Shown piece after piece: positions 50,494 to 62,800 of a DNA stretch of 64,000 nucleotides. Under the pieces are notes generated by a model. The model worked only from the letters and a program-made list of their open reading frames with translations. It did not search any database and was not told the DNA's origin. The stretch is taken from assembly GCF_964204645.1 (NCBI RefSeq), contig NC_134031.1, positions 18,359,910-18,423,909 on the forward strand. Reading direction: 5' to 3'. Positions within the stretch are counted from its first letter, which is position 1. Each line of letters begins with the position of its first letter. The stretch comes from Tubulanus polymorphus. Taxonomy: Eukaryota > Animalia > Nemertea. The translations under genes were made by a program, and so were the position numbers.

Positions 50494-52229
50494 TGATCTC
50501 TTATCAAATTAAAAATGCACCTCGTCCACACGGTCTATTTTGATTTTAATAATTCTTTCGACCGACCAAGAAAGTTTTTGAAGTAGTTGACATTGACCGG
50601 CAACATCTTTTGTTTCGACCGTACAGCAGCGCCGGTATTTAGTGGCGGTAGATTTTTCCTAGGGAGAATCCGTGGCGTTTCTGTTCGTAGGAAAATAAAT
50701 ATACGTCGAATTCAAGAACGGACTGATAATACCAGTGGACTGATACAAAATGTTTTCACTCCTTGCCTTCCGAATGTAAGGAGAATTCATTTATGGAGAA
50801 TTAAATATCAGTGATGATTCATAGGTTTAAATTTATTACGAATGAAACCATAGTTTTTTGATAGATATTCTCGGTATTTATTATGTCTCTTTCTAGTGAT
50901 GACTATAGTGATGGTTGTCAGTAAGGCCAAGAAGTTTCTCTAAAGTTGTGCTGTATTAATCAAATAGAAAGGTTCTCGACAGATACATTGGATTATTTGA
51001 TGATGCCAATATTGCTTACATGTATGAACAAGTTTTCTTCTCAGTCTTATCGATGGGAACCTACTGGTCAATCTGTCTTATCGAAGCCCCTTCCATTAAG
51101 ACCCTCAGACTCGATCAGTTGTCAGATTAGACTTCGATCCGTTTTTTTCTCACGCCGCGTCACAATTCGGACTCGACACGACGCGACAAGATCCGGCTAT
51201 ACGTTATTCAATTTTCGTCGATAGCAACCGACACGGAATGTTCTGTCGTCTGTGCCACGTGATAAGACAGACGATCAAAGACCGCAAAGTTCAGTCGACA
51301 AGACGGTGGCATCAAGGTCTCAGCGAGAAACCCTGCTCGAAAATGAATACCATTTACTGAGTGGAACGTACATATTGCCAATTGGCTCCTCGTTACCACT
51401 TTCTCGTCTTCCAATAATCTAAGTAGGATACTTACTGCTTTGAGTCGCTTGATTTCATTAGGAGCGGCAATCAAGTCCTGGCAAGTGAGTGGGACAATGG
51501 GCATACTTTGAGCTCAGGTCGAACTTCGGTTTTCCTAGTTTGTCAACTTAGTGGTCGGAGCTGAATCGAACGCACTATGGTTCAGTCTTAACGCATTTCA
51601 CAGTGTGACAGCCATCTTGGAACTATCCGAACTGCAACGTGCTCAATCCCGTGGTTGACTATTCGGGGGGAGGGGGGTATCCATAGGTCCGACCTACGAG
51701 CAATCATCTCAAGTTCTGTCAAGGCTCGACGAACCGACATTCGGCTTCCTTCCGTTCGCTGATTGTCGATTAACTCCGATATCCGCATTTCACCTAGGCT
51801 GATCCTCGCTGCCCAGAGGGTGGGAGGGTCTCTATGCGATTGGCTGTATTTGGCTGTATGGCGACGTTTGTAGCCCCTTTTTTGAATCCGTCTAAAGATA
51901 AGAGATGTGGTACTTTGAATACTGGAGAATTGTATAAGAAAACAATAGTCTTTTTTGTCATGAGAATTAAATCAATTGTTTTATTTTTGGTGAGAAATAA
52001 CGGGATCTATCTGTAGGGCTCCGTTTTATCCTTCCAATCCCTGGTAGTATCCTGGGTCCGTTTTGTGTACTCGGTGGCTCCCTCTATGAGCAGGTGTTGT
52101 GTACTCTCGCGCTTGTGTTAGTATTTCATCTCGCACGAGCCGTTAGCTTGTCACGTGACAGACGAAATACCAACACGAGTGAAAGAAACTTTCTCGACGA
52201 ATCCGCGCAATTTCCTCTTCCACTTTTCA

Positions 52230-52480
52230 TTGCCCTCTTCCTCCTCACTCTCTCTTCCTTTCCACTTTCCTCCCCTTCCCTATCCTCCTCCACGGCCCGC
52301 CCCGTCCCTCTTCTCCTCCCTAATCCTCTTCCTGATCTCCCTTCTCCCTTCCCTATCTGATCTGTTCTTCTCCATCCCCTCACCTTCCATATTTATCCGC
52401 TAGTCTCACTCATCTCCCCTCTCTCTCCCACTCCCCTCTCTTATCCGTCCCCTTCTCACCCTCCTCATCTCTTACTCTTG
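52230..52480. repeat. Polypyrimidine/polypurine low-complexity tract
   Basis: CT-rich run. Similar tracts lie at 1655-1800, 35440-35525 and 39275-39445. Confidence 0.85.
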
Positions 52481-53099
52481 CATCGCACCCATTTCTCATT
52501 TTATTTCGCAGGTGCTAAAATCACCGTCAAATCTTATAATTGCTTTTCTTCATTTTCTCATAAGTCTTTAATGAATTCTTCGCATGAAATGTTTCGCTTA
52601 CAGTTTATGAGATTGTCGCGTCGTTGTCGGGTCTGACGCTGAGCTTGCGATACACACTGCCGATATATATTGCAAGACGACAACACTTCGCTTTTAAAAA
52701 ACGACACAATTTAACGACCCCACTTCCCCGTGTAAGCTCCGGAAGGGCTTATTCCCCGTATATCAGGAACGATGTCGCATTTCCGGTCAAGGAAGCTGAC
52801 GTCTTTGATCAATTCCTGGCCGATTTAATCCACGGTATCGGAGTCTTTCCGGTATTTATACCCGTATCTGCATCTGTATTTAATGCAACCTTAAAAATCC
52901 TTTACACCGCGTCAAATAGCGATACCGGTAGCTCCACTAACTGCCGGCTCAGTCGACCTAGTACTTCGCAGTGTGTCTTAATTATTTCCGCGCTGATGAT
53001 TTTTGATGCGGGATGTTTTTTAGAAGCTGGCAGGAAATTCCGTGTTTCCGACTGAGATCCTGTATAGAGAATAGTAATGGCCGCGCGACAGTGTTCAAA

Positions 53100-53215
53100 A
53101 TCCCCATCGGGAGAATGTGTATAGATCCCCATCCGAAGAATAGTGTATAGATCCCCATCCGAAGAATAGTGTATAAATCCCCATCCGGAGAATAGTGTAT
53201 AGATCCCCATTTCTT
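53100..53215. repeat. ~26-27 bp tandem repeat (ATCCCCATCCGAAGAATAGTGTATAG), about 4.5 copies
   Basis: Seen directly. It explains the repetitive ORFs 52902-53249 and 52982-53266. Confidence 0.9.
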
Positions 53216-53463
53216 CGAAATCACACCATGGATTGAACCATAATTCCATTCGCAGTCACGTTGCAATGGGTATTTCCTTTAAAGATTATATTGTCAACAG
53301 TTCTACGTCCAGTCCCAACATTTTTTGCCACAACAAGGCATGAAGAATTAGCGAACTCAATTCTTTTCTGAATTGGGGTTAACTAGCTGTAAGCTTAGTT
53401 GTCGAGTTTGTTTTTGCTTGTTCGTCGTTAATCAATGCTGAATAAAAAATCAAATAGCAGAGA

Positions 53464-53529
53464 GGGATTCGAACCTGATCGCAACGAGCCTCTCACCAGG
53501 GAGCCGCGATACGATCAGGTTCGAATCCC
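53464..53529. repeat. Perfect 18-bp inverted repeat containing tRNA B-box (GGTTCGAATCC) sequence
   Basis: gggattcgaacctgatcg (53464-53481) and cgatcaggttcgaatccc (53512-53529), with a 30-nt loop. Confidence 0.85.
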
Positions 53530-54140
53530 GTCAAACAGAGGATTTTCGAGGCGCTTCACACAAAAAACACATTTTCAAATTTTTTTGTAACATACTATTA
53601 TTTATAGATGGTTATATTTATCCGTTCTGCAATTCAATAATTTCGAGAGCGCTCGGTTGATTTTAGTACTTCTTTACAACTATCTTTGTACAAAATATAC
53701 ACAACAGCAATATCTTTTTAATTACAATGGGTTTTTTTCTGCCGTCCATTCAACCCTAACATAACTGACAGTAGATATGCTGGGATATTATCTTTTCGTT
53801 CCCAGCGATTTATCGGCGATATCTGTCTAAATGTCCGCTATACAAAACAGAGCGGTAAAGAAAAAAAGTTGTCTGTATTTACATTTCACTTTGTAACAAT
53901 TTCAGTATAGAATATCCCAGTAACAAACAGATTATTGTATTGGCGGAAAAACGATTTTAACATAAAAGAAAAAATAAACATTTAAGATAACAAAACGTTC
54001 TCTTATCCACTTAAAAAAACAAATGAGAAACCATGTACACTGATTATGTTCGATGTAATCTCGCGCAAAGCAAAGAATTTCTATGTAGCATTTTTGATAT
54101 ATAACTAAAATAGAATTTATAACGGATTTTAGACCGTGTT

Positions 54141-54288
54141 AGGCCCAGTTGCACGGTCGTGACATACGTTCAAAAGTGGCTTTGAATCTTACAATTTGTC
54201 TTAAGTTGTTGGATTTGGATATAGAACTGGTCAGATGATGGTCCAAAACTGGTCTTAAATCCAAGCCTATGCCTGTGCAACTGGCCCC
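54141..54288. mobile_element. MITE family GGCCCAGTTGCAC...GTGCAACTGGCC
   Basis: Terminal inverted repeats seen directly. Related fragments lie at about 950-1020, 7160-7295, 10460-10520 and 56757-56850. Confidence 0.7.
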
Positions 54289-55889
54289 AGGAAAATGGTA
54301 AAAAATTAACAATCGGTTTTCTGCGGCACCTTCATTTTTAATTGCTTAAAACGGCAATAAAAAGCCGCCTTAACTCTTTCCATGCGACTTTAATAAAACC
54401 CTTTCAAACCCTCAGATTTTGCGAAATAAATTTCGAAAAAAAAGATTTTTAAACTGGGGTGGATCTATGGGGGGTAGACTTCGACAGGAGCACAACGAAA
54501 TGAAAATGGTGTGGGCAAATTATCCGCACCTAAGAGTGACCATCGTGTATATGCGCGAAGAAGCCAAAACGCGGATTTGAAATTTCAGTGCATTTTGATA
54601 GAAGAATACTGCCGTTATTGCCGTAAAAGTGCTCCTTGTGTGTGCTTACTCATCTCAAGGAAACCTTGACAATGATTTGCATACTTCGTCGGTTCGGTCG
54701 GTGTCAATTCCCCGAACGGTTTATCTTTAAACCAACTAATAAATTGAATTGTCGGTAATCTGATTTTGAGTTACCCGTGTACTGTCGAGCTTTTCCTTGT
54801 CTCGTACTCCACTTGGTCATGACCTATGAATAATATATTCATATACATGTACACAGAATGCTACGTGTCAACAAAATCATCTCAGATTTCTTTCAGATTG
54901 TAGCGATTTATCTGGAAAACCCCTTAGATTTATTGAACCGCTCGGAAATGTCTTTCTTCAAACTCAACCAATCGAAACCCAATTCATGATCCTGTCCCAC
55001 GGAGCCGGGTCCACTGGGCCCCGTTTCAGAACATTTCCCGGCTAATGAAAATATAAAAGTTGTTTAGTGAAACGAGGGAAAGTTGCGCGATCGCACTTTG
55101 AAATTGAATTTCGATCCGCTTATAGTCGCGACTTAATTAACGACAACTGTTTTTGGGATTACCGGAGATTTTTGAATGATCTCACACCGCACCCTATAAT
55201 ACCCCCCTCCTCCCCCGTAAACTCTCACCGATACACTTACAGAAAATATACATAGAACCACTTAGCGAAAATAGCTTTTAAATAAATGCAAACTTTGTGA
55301 CGAGCGAAAAACAAATATTCTCAAGGGGATAATAAAACCCAGGAGAAAATTATCTAATTGAATAAACGACTTGACGTGAGCTGAGTAATTCATAGATTCC
55401 TCCCCGCTCCCCTCTCCCCTCGGCTCCCCTAGCTCAAGGACGTGGCATCCTGTTTGATAATCAACACAAACCACCGAGTTACAACAGGTGAGGATGTGGT
55501 AAGCATTAGTGCGCGTGCGCATCGGAAGAATTTGTTCGTCGTCTGTGATTAAAAACGCAAACTCGCACGCTGAAATATCGACTATCATGATTTTAATTGC
55601 ATGTTTGCGCACGCGCGTTTATCGAACAGACTTTTTCGACGATAATCGACATTTTTGGAACTAAATGCGAGTTTTTGCTAAGAAATAGACACAATGTGTC
55701 CCGTCGGTCATTAATTATAATAAAAGAAACCAGCAATTAGACGCAACAACTTTTATCGCCATGTTTTGCCTGGACCCAGTTCCATAATTACTCTGGTCAC
55801 TACTTGACTCTAAAACATCGAAAACACAAAACTGGTAGAGACTGATACATCTCAGTATTTCTGAGTTAATGAGCAAAACCCACAGTAAA

Positions 55890-56005
55890 TGATTTTACAG
55901 TTTCGAAGTTTTGACTAAACTCCATCATCAGAGAAACCAAAATGACGAAAACATTTTCGGTTATCTGATGATGAAGTTTATTCAAAACTGAGAAACAGTC
56001 AAAAT
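55890..56005. repeat. Palindrome made of two head-to-head hammerhead-like motifs
   Basis: Minus: CTGATGA-t-ggagttt-agtca-aaacttc-GAAA-ctg-TA (55931-55896). Plus: CTGATGA-tgaagtttattcaaaactga-GAAA-cag-TC (55965-56000). Centre aaaatg/catttt. Confidence 0.65.
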
Positions 56006-57101
56006 GAATTGTAATTGACCAACTGTCGGTTTTTGCTGATTAAACCAAGAACTGTCGAACTGAGCGTACTAGTCCATTTTCTCTATTCATGGACTTTGTT
56101 AGAAGATCAGGTTCGTTTCGACGGTTTGGGCCTGATTGAAAAAACTAGTTTTAACTTCAGCCCGTCGGTTTATCCAATTCTCTTTGACCTCTGGGTTGTA
56201 GTTGAAGCTAGTTTAAAATCAGGCCCTGAGTTTTCATGATGGAACTATGCCAACAATATGAGCCGGATATTTCCCCTCGTCTATGGACTTTTACTAGCAA
56301 CATCATTTTTTATATCTGCCAATTAATTTACATATCACAAAATTACAGAATCGATACGCAATTTCTGTCGTATCTAATCAGTATACAATTATAAATTACA
56401 AATTATATACGTAATTTTTTTCTGATTCACGAAACACATGTGAATATTCATCTATTTATAGTTAAGCATGCAAATTACATTATCATTTACAAATTCACAA
56501 ATTTTTGATAACAATAGAAATTTTTTCTCCTCAAATTCAGAATGAGAGGGAAGGTTTTCGAAAGTAATTTATGAAAAAAACAGAAGGCCCTCTACTTGCT
56601 AATGACTTAAAATTTCACTAGATCATAATGACTAATGAAACGTTTAAGTTGTTAGGTGTAACGGACCTCCGATCCACACAGGTCATTTGAGACTCCGGGG
56701 ACGAAACTTGTCTTCAAAGTCATAATTACTTCATGCAATTTTATAAAGCTGGCTTCAGGGGCTTTTTGTACAGTCACGGCTTAAATTTAAGACCAGCCTA
56801 AGCCCATTTCGGTTCTATAGTAAATAGAATAACTTAAAACCAGTCTAAGACCACGTTTTGTTAAAAAGTTTAGCTAAAAACTTCGAAATCCGTGTTACGT
56901 ACTTTCGATTTTCACGTATTTCGCCACCGACAATAAAACCAAGTTTGGCTTGAATTTGGTCGATTCAGATACATTGTATTATTCACGCGGTTGTCTTTAT
57001 AAAAAGCGAACGGTTTTCCAGCAATTACCAACGGCTGCGTGTCAGGTTGTCCTTTTTTTTAAAATCCACGGCAACAAACAGCGATTCGTTCTTGACTATC
57101 A

Positions 57102-58319
57102 TTATAAACAGTCGAACATTTTTCGGCAATCATCGCGGAAGTTTTTATTCATGAACGAATAGATGACTGGATTGGCGATGTTATTCGCGAAGTACATATA
57201 GAATACTATACTGAAATAGGGAATCAGATTGTTGGCCATGAGACCCGCCGGAAGGAAAGTCACCACAAACACGACCGTTACCACAAACAACATGGCCGCT
57301 GTTTTCACGTTTTGCATACGATTTTTATCTTTTTTCGTCGACTTTCGTTTCAAGCGTTTGTCATCGTTCGGGTTTAACGATATTTTATTGTTGTCATGGC
57401 CGTTAAGGGTCGTGAGTTGAGTCTCCTCCGTGTCCAAGGATGTCTCGCGCACGTTGACCGTACATGTGGTGGCATTCGCGTGGCGCCATTTGGCTCGTTT
57501 CCGGCGACGCATGAGCACTGACCGGTAAATCAGCGCGTACAACACAACCACCACTAACAGACACAATATGTACGAGGCCACGTGCACCTTTTGGTATGTT
57601 TTACGAACGTATTCGCTCAGAATCAACTCATTCGCGTTGCAATATCCATGGTATAAAATTTCGAACTTAATCGGTTCCGCAACGGTTTCGACTTTAACGG
57701 TTGAATTCAAACGGCACCAGGGAATATGCGCGTACGCTACCGAATCGGTGACGTTTACGTCAAATTTACCGTTGATAACGTTTAAAGCGTCCGTCGAATT
57801 ACAAGGCACGAACGCTACGCGTTTGTAAACGCCGTAAGCTAGCGCCACGATCACGCCCATAACCGCCGACAGGAGGCCCAAACAGAGAATGACGATTTTA
57901 GCACGTTTGATGTTCATAGCGTGAAGGAAAGGGTGACATATGCACAGATAGCGGTCCACAGCAATACCGGACATTATCAACGCCGAATAGGGCACGTTTG
58001 ACGTCACAAAAAACTGATAAATTTTGCACAGGAAATCGTTACCGATATAGAATCTGTAGTGCTCCATGACGATTGTAAACGGTATGATCACTGCACAGGT
58101 CATCATATCCACGACTGCCAGGGCAATGATGAACATCGTCGACGTTTGGTTGTCGTTACGTTTCGAAAATACGTAGACGACCAACGCGTTACCGGCGGTG
58201 CCAAGAACGCTTAAAAATATCAACATGGCCACCAGCGTATATTTCTCAGCCGGGGACATGATGTATTCAGATGGCTCCAGTGGCTCCACCTCAGACGTTG
58301 TTAAAATCGTTATATTCAT
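57102..58319 (-). CDS. Class A (rhodopsin-like) GPCR, peptide-receptor-like orphan, 405 aa, single coding exon
   Basis: TM1 GTAGN, TM2 LAVVD, TM3 DRYLCICHP, TM5 LYALIY, TM6 FVVTFLP, TM7 NPVIYSF, helix 8 FRDD. A 5' UTR acceptor lies near 58388. Confidence 0.95.
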   Translation of the reverse strand: MNITILTTSEVEPLEPSEYIMSPAEKYTLVAMLIFLSVLGTAGNALVVYVFSKRNDNQTSTMFIIALAVVDMMTCAVIIPFTIVMEHYRFYIGNDFLCKIYQFFVTSNVPYSALIMSGIAVDRYLCICHPFLHAMNIKRAKIVILCLGLLSAVMGVIVALAYGVYKRVAFVPCNSTDALNVINGKFDVNVTDSVAYAHIPWCRLNSTVKVETVAEPIKFEILYHGYCNANELILSEYVRKTYQKVHVASYILCLLVVVVLYALIYRSVLMRRRKRAKWRHANATTCTVNVRETSLDTEETQLTTLNGHDNNKISLNPNDDKRLKRKSTKKDKNRMQNVKTAAMLFVVTVVFVVTFLPAGLMANNLIPYFSIVFYMYFANNIANPVIYSFMNKNFRDDCRKMFDCL

Positions 58320-59579
58320 CGTGCGTTAGTCCTTTCTGATAGTCCTTGTAGTCTATTTCTAGTCCGTTCCTTGTGTAAAAGTGCTCCTATAAAATGAAAA
58401 TATGAAATATTTTAATGATATGTAGATTAATGTAATCCGGTGACAGTTGCGACGAATAATTCCCGATCCCGCGATCTGTCGATTTAAATTTAAACGACAA
58501 TTTGATGCGAAAATGAAACCGGTTTTTAGAATTTCGAATTCGCTGTTGTTAAATATTCAGGCGTAGAACGTATGTTCGCACCTAGCAATAAAGTAAACAA
58601 GTACAAATAATCCAATTTCAAATACTCAAATTACGAGGTGGTTTTGATAGGCTTTTAAACGTAGTTCGTGTTCGGGTCAGGAAAACATTTCTATTTCTCA
58701 GCATCACAATAAAAATGATTTTTCACAACGTGATATTCGACGCTATTTTGATAATACGCCCCCTGGCGGTGCAGCACGCGCGTGTCGTTGTTAGGTCAAT
58801 CTGTGCAGTCAATCGAAGTGTCAACTCGTCAATATCAATGGGGTACCGGCACCGCTACTGTGGCAATCGAGGATTCCACGTATGGCAGGCGAGGATCCGT
58901 CAGGTTCCGGTGAATTTTTTAGTTGTACACACGAGAAAAAGATATGTTATAACAGGCATACAATGAAACTTTATATGGAGATAAGACAGAAGAGAGATTG
59001 AGTTTATTGTCGAGGATGACTGATTTCTAATTACGAGAATACACAACAGGACGTGATTCACTTCGCTTGGAAAAATTTATAGTCGCTGCAACGTGCGCGA
59101 CAGTCAAACCGTTATCTACGGATCCCAGCAACGCTATAAACAATTTGTAAGAAGAAATATGTTTAACCGATAAGAGCTCAATATTCACGATGTTTGCACA
59201 AAAGATATATAGATATTCCCCTGTTCGGAGTTAGTTCGAGATAGCGACCGGCGTCGGGTCTTAAATAATACGAGCTCGCAGACGCTAAGAAATTAGTTGG
59301 CGAAAAAAGGTAGACCTATTCCACCGGGGCTTTCTAACAGAGTAAGTTGTCAAGATTGTCACCAGAAAAGGACATTACGAGCGCGCGCACGCGACATACA
59401 GGAAATTTGTTTCTTAAAAATCTGATTCCATTGGGGACGTGCTCTCTCGCTTGACTCGTTTCGACGAGGTTGTCAAAATTGTCGCGCGAAAAAGAATTTA
59501 AATTCGTAATATACACATAAAATGATTAGAAAATACCAAGAAAAAATTCGCTACGTCAAAAAGCATTATTCGACTGTCG

Positions 59580-59820
59580 AATTCAACTCACACAGTGTGG
59601 AACTGGATCCAGAGTCAAATTAATCCCACAAACTGTAGAACTGGATTCAGAGTCAAATTAAACCCACACAACTGTTGAAATGGATCCAGAGACAAATTAA
59701 ACCTACACAACACTGTGGAACTGGGTCCATAGGCAAATTAAACCCACACAACTGTGGAACTGGATCCAGAGTCATATTTAACCCAAACAACTGTGGATCT
59801 GGATCCATAGTTAACTCTCA
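59580..59820. repeat. ~39-bp minisatellite (CACAACTGTGGAACTGGATCCAGAGTCAAATTAAACC), dispersed family
   Basis: About six tandem copies here, an inverted array at 41438-41620, and single or paired units at about 15380-15410, 16200-16377, 30235-30306, 30520-30548 and 61170-61490. Confidence 0.85.
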
Positions 59821-62800
59821 ACTCACTGCTGTGTTCAGTATTAAACTTAAACTGACAATCACTAACCTTCTGTCACAGAAGTCGGGTTTTGCAGATCGAT
59901 GGCACAGCGCGTGGCCGCTTGGGCTGTCTATTCCCCACGATACCTTTTCTGACAATCTCAGAATATGTTTTCGACGAAACAACAGGTGTTTTACTGACAA
60001 TAAAATCCGAACCAGACGCGGCTGAACGTGAAACACGAATCTAGAGGCTACGATACGAATTAGATGATTGTATAATATTGAATGTCTTAAATCGACTGCT
60101 CGACGAAGGGAAGCGAAATATTGTCGAATTCACGCCGACACAATTTGTCTACTGTTAAACGGAAATATCGGACAATTTGGCAATCATGAATAATCATATC
60201 TCTAATTATATCTCTAATCATATCTCTAATGATCATATCTCTAATAATCATATCACTAATACTCTATTTGGAAATAAGGGGTCATAATTATGATGTTATT
60301 TTTGACATTTGACATTTTCAGGCTTCCGTATCTGTTCCATTATCACAATGATCCACGAAATATGAATAAAATTTCATTTTTTCTCAGTGATTTGGTATAG
60401 CGTTATCAACTTTTCACATGAATAAATCAATTATTAATTGATTTAATTATGTGAAAAAATGCATTCGTAGACGTAACGCTGAAGACCGAGTAACCACTAG
60501 CGACATACAGCGTATCCTCGCTTGCCATGGATAGAATCCGCGATTGCTACAGTTACTGCCGGAGGTTGAACCCGATAACCCGGCAAAACGAATACAAAAC
60601 CCGCTCGATAATTCACTCGATTCTAAATTAAACTCTATTCCACCGCTCGACAGTTGAGTATAAAAGGCGGCAGCAATAAGTGGACTTGATGTTTCATTTG
60701 CGGCGAACGAAAATTAAACTCTTTTGTCGAACATTCGGTGGTATCGGAGACAATTTAATCATCCAGTCCCAATTGTCAAATATAGTGTTAATTATGTTTG
60801 CTTGATTGCATTAGTGACTTATTCGGCGGTTTCAGAATCGAGAAAAAGTAACAATTTGATCGTCTGGGCTGCCGCAAATCGGTGGCCACGAAACTGCAAC
60901 GGAAAGTCTTTAATCAATAGATGGACGGCTCCGATATAATCTAATACAGCAGCGGTCGCGAATTTCGTTGCAATGGTCAGCACATTATCAGTGTCAGATC
61001 AAGACAGGAGATCATACTGTAAAAAGGACTCGTCTTTATTTCATTTGCGACTGAAATGTAGCGCAACTAAATGGATTAGTAACATATTGGTTTTATACAC
61101 TGGGGTGCATTCAGCGTGCGCCGATGGTCTGTTGCTTAGAGGTTGGTTAAATAAAAAAAGAATGGCCAACTGGGATCCAGTGCAGTGGATCTGAGTTTAG
61201 TTAAGCGACAGAGTTCAAATTAGTTTAATCCGAATATTGTGGAACTGGATGCTGTGGATAGTTTACTCAGTCTTAGCAGCGAATGACTGACATACATTTG
61301 TTATTTGCCTACGTAAGATATCCGGCTAATTTTCATGATATAGAGTTAGAAGTTTGATAGGATCCAGTTGCAATTTAGAGTTAACTCACTAATTAGTTCA
61401 ATTTCATTGAGTCAAATGTTAATTCAGAGCTGTTGAGCTGAATCCGATTTTCAACTCAATAGAGTTAATTCTAATTTCAAGGATCCAGTTCCGCCGATCC
61501 ATCTGCAAAACGCGATCCTATGAGCAATAATCCACCAGCATTGTGACCTCATTCCACCAGTTGTCTATAATATTTTACATAAGAGTCAAAAATTGAATAT
61601 GATCTTAACAATCTGTAATTAAACTTAACCGACAAGTTGTAGAACCGATCGAGTCTTGTTCTAGAACAGAATACGTCAAAAGATTCTTTTTCAATTATTC
61701 GTATCATCGTTAATTAGCAGTGATTTCACAATCATCAGTGAAATTCTACTTTGGACTTGAAACATTGCAAATCAGCTGGAATGCAGTCAAACTTAACAGA
61801 CTGCGAGACTTGTTGTTCTAGAACATAATACGACAAGAGATTCATTTTCTATCATTCACATCGCTGTTAATTAGATTTTTATAAGCTCGAGCTTTGTGTT
61901 GAGGCGCGGTCTGGGAATTATGATGAATAAACATCGAAAAACCCTGACTGTTCACTGAGCCTGAGCGGTTGTGAGCGGATATCATTTCTGCACGCCTGGA
62001 CGTGCCTTAACGTTCTACTCTGTAATTATTACCTAACAATATGTGGATTACTCCGCGCATTGAATGCTTAATTGAAAACAAAATTTCAGGATTTCGGCAG
62101 AAATCGCTGAGACTTATCTAGATGTATACAGATTGAAGACGTGGTGGATTTTTCGAGGGAAATCTCCCAGGAGATTCCATCAACAGTGCGACGCGGTTTT
62201 TTGCTGCTAACTTTGTGATGGATGATTTGTCAAAGCCCCAATCAATGTGTAAAAATCCCTAAGGAAATTAGTACCTGACACCACATATTCTCATCGTCTG
62301 CTGAGAAAAGACTCGTAACTATAGGGAGAATCGAATACGTGTAACGTACAATTTCGACGGAAAAGTGCTCCATGAAATACCGCTACTTTAAAAACCTGGC
62401 TAGGTACCTGGGAATCAAATCGAAGAGAAATTAATCCATCCAAAATCGAGTCCGAGATATCCAATTACTCCATAGGCGGGTGCTACGATTCACAAATTGC
62501 AACATTATGGAATTTAAGACATGCTTATCGTCGGTTCAAATGAAGCAAATGTTTGTTAATTTCAATGATACATGCTCTTCATACAATTCTATTACATAAG
62601 GAGTACCACAAGGTTATATCCTTGGGCTACAATTCTTTGTTACTCTGAACCTTTTTAAAAACGCAAAATGTATTCTCGTGAAAACACGAACGACGACCTA
62701 AAGTCGAAGACAAAAAGTTTGACAGAAACTTTTCACAGACACGATAGTTTAATCAGACAGTAGAAAAAACCCGTTTGCTGATCTCAAACTGGAAGCTGAA

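Noticed and set aside
52094-53266. Cluster of 80-140 aa ORFs on both strands
   Set aside because: They mostly arise from a CT-rich tract and a 27-bp tandem repeat, with no protein motifs or exon structure.
59580-59820. Regular repeats that superficially resemble a CRISPR array
   Set aside because: Whole units repeat with no unique spacers, the context is eukaryotic, and no cas genes are present; it is a minisatellite.
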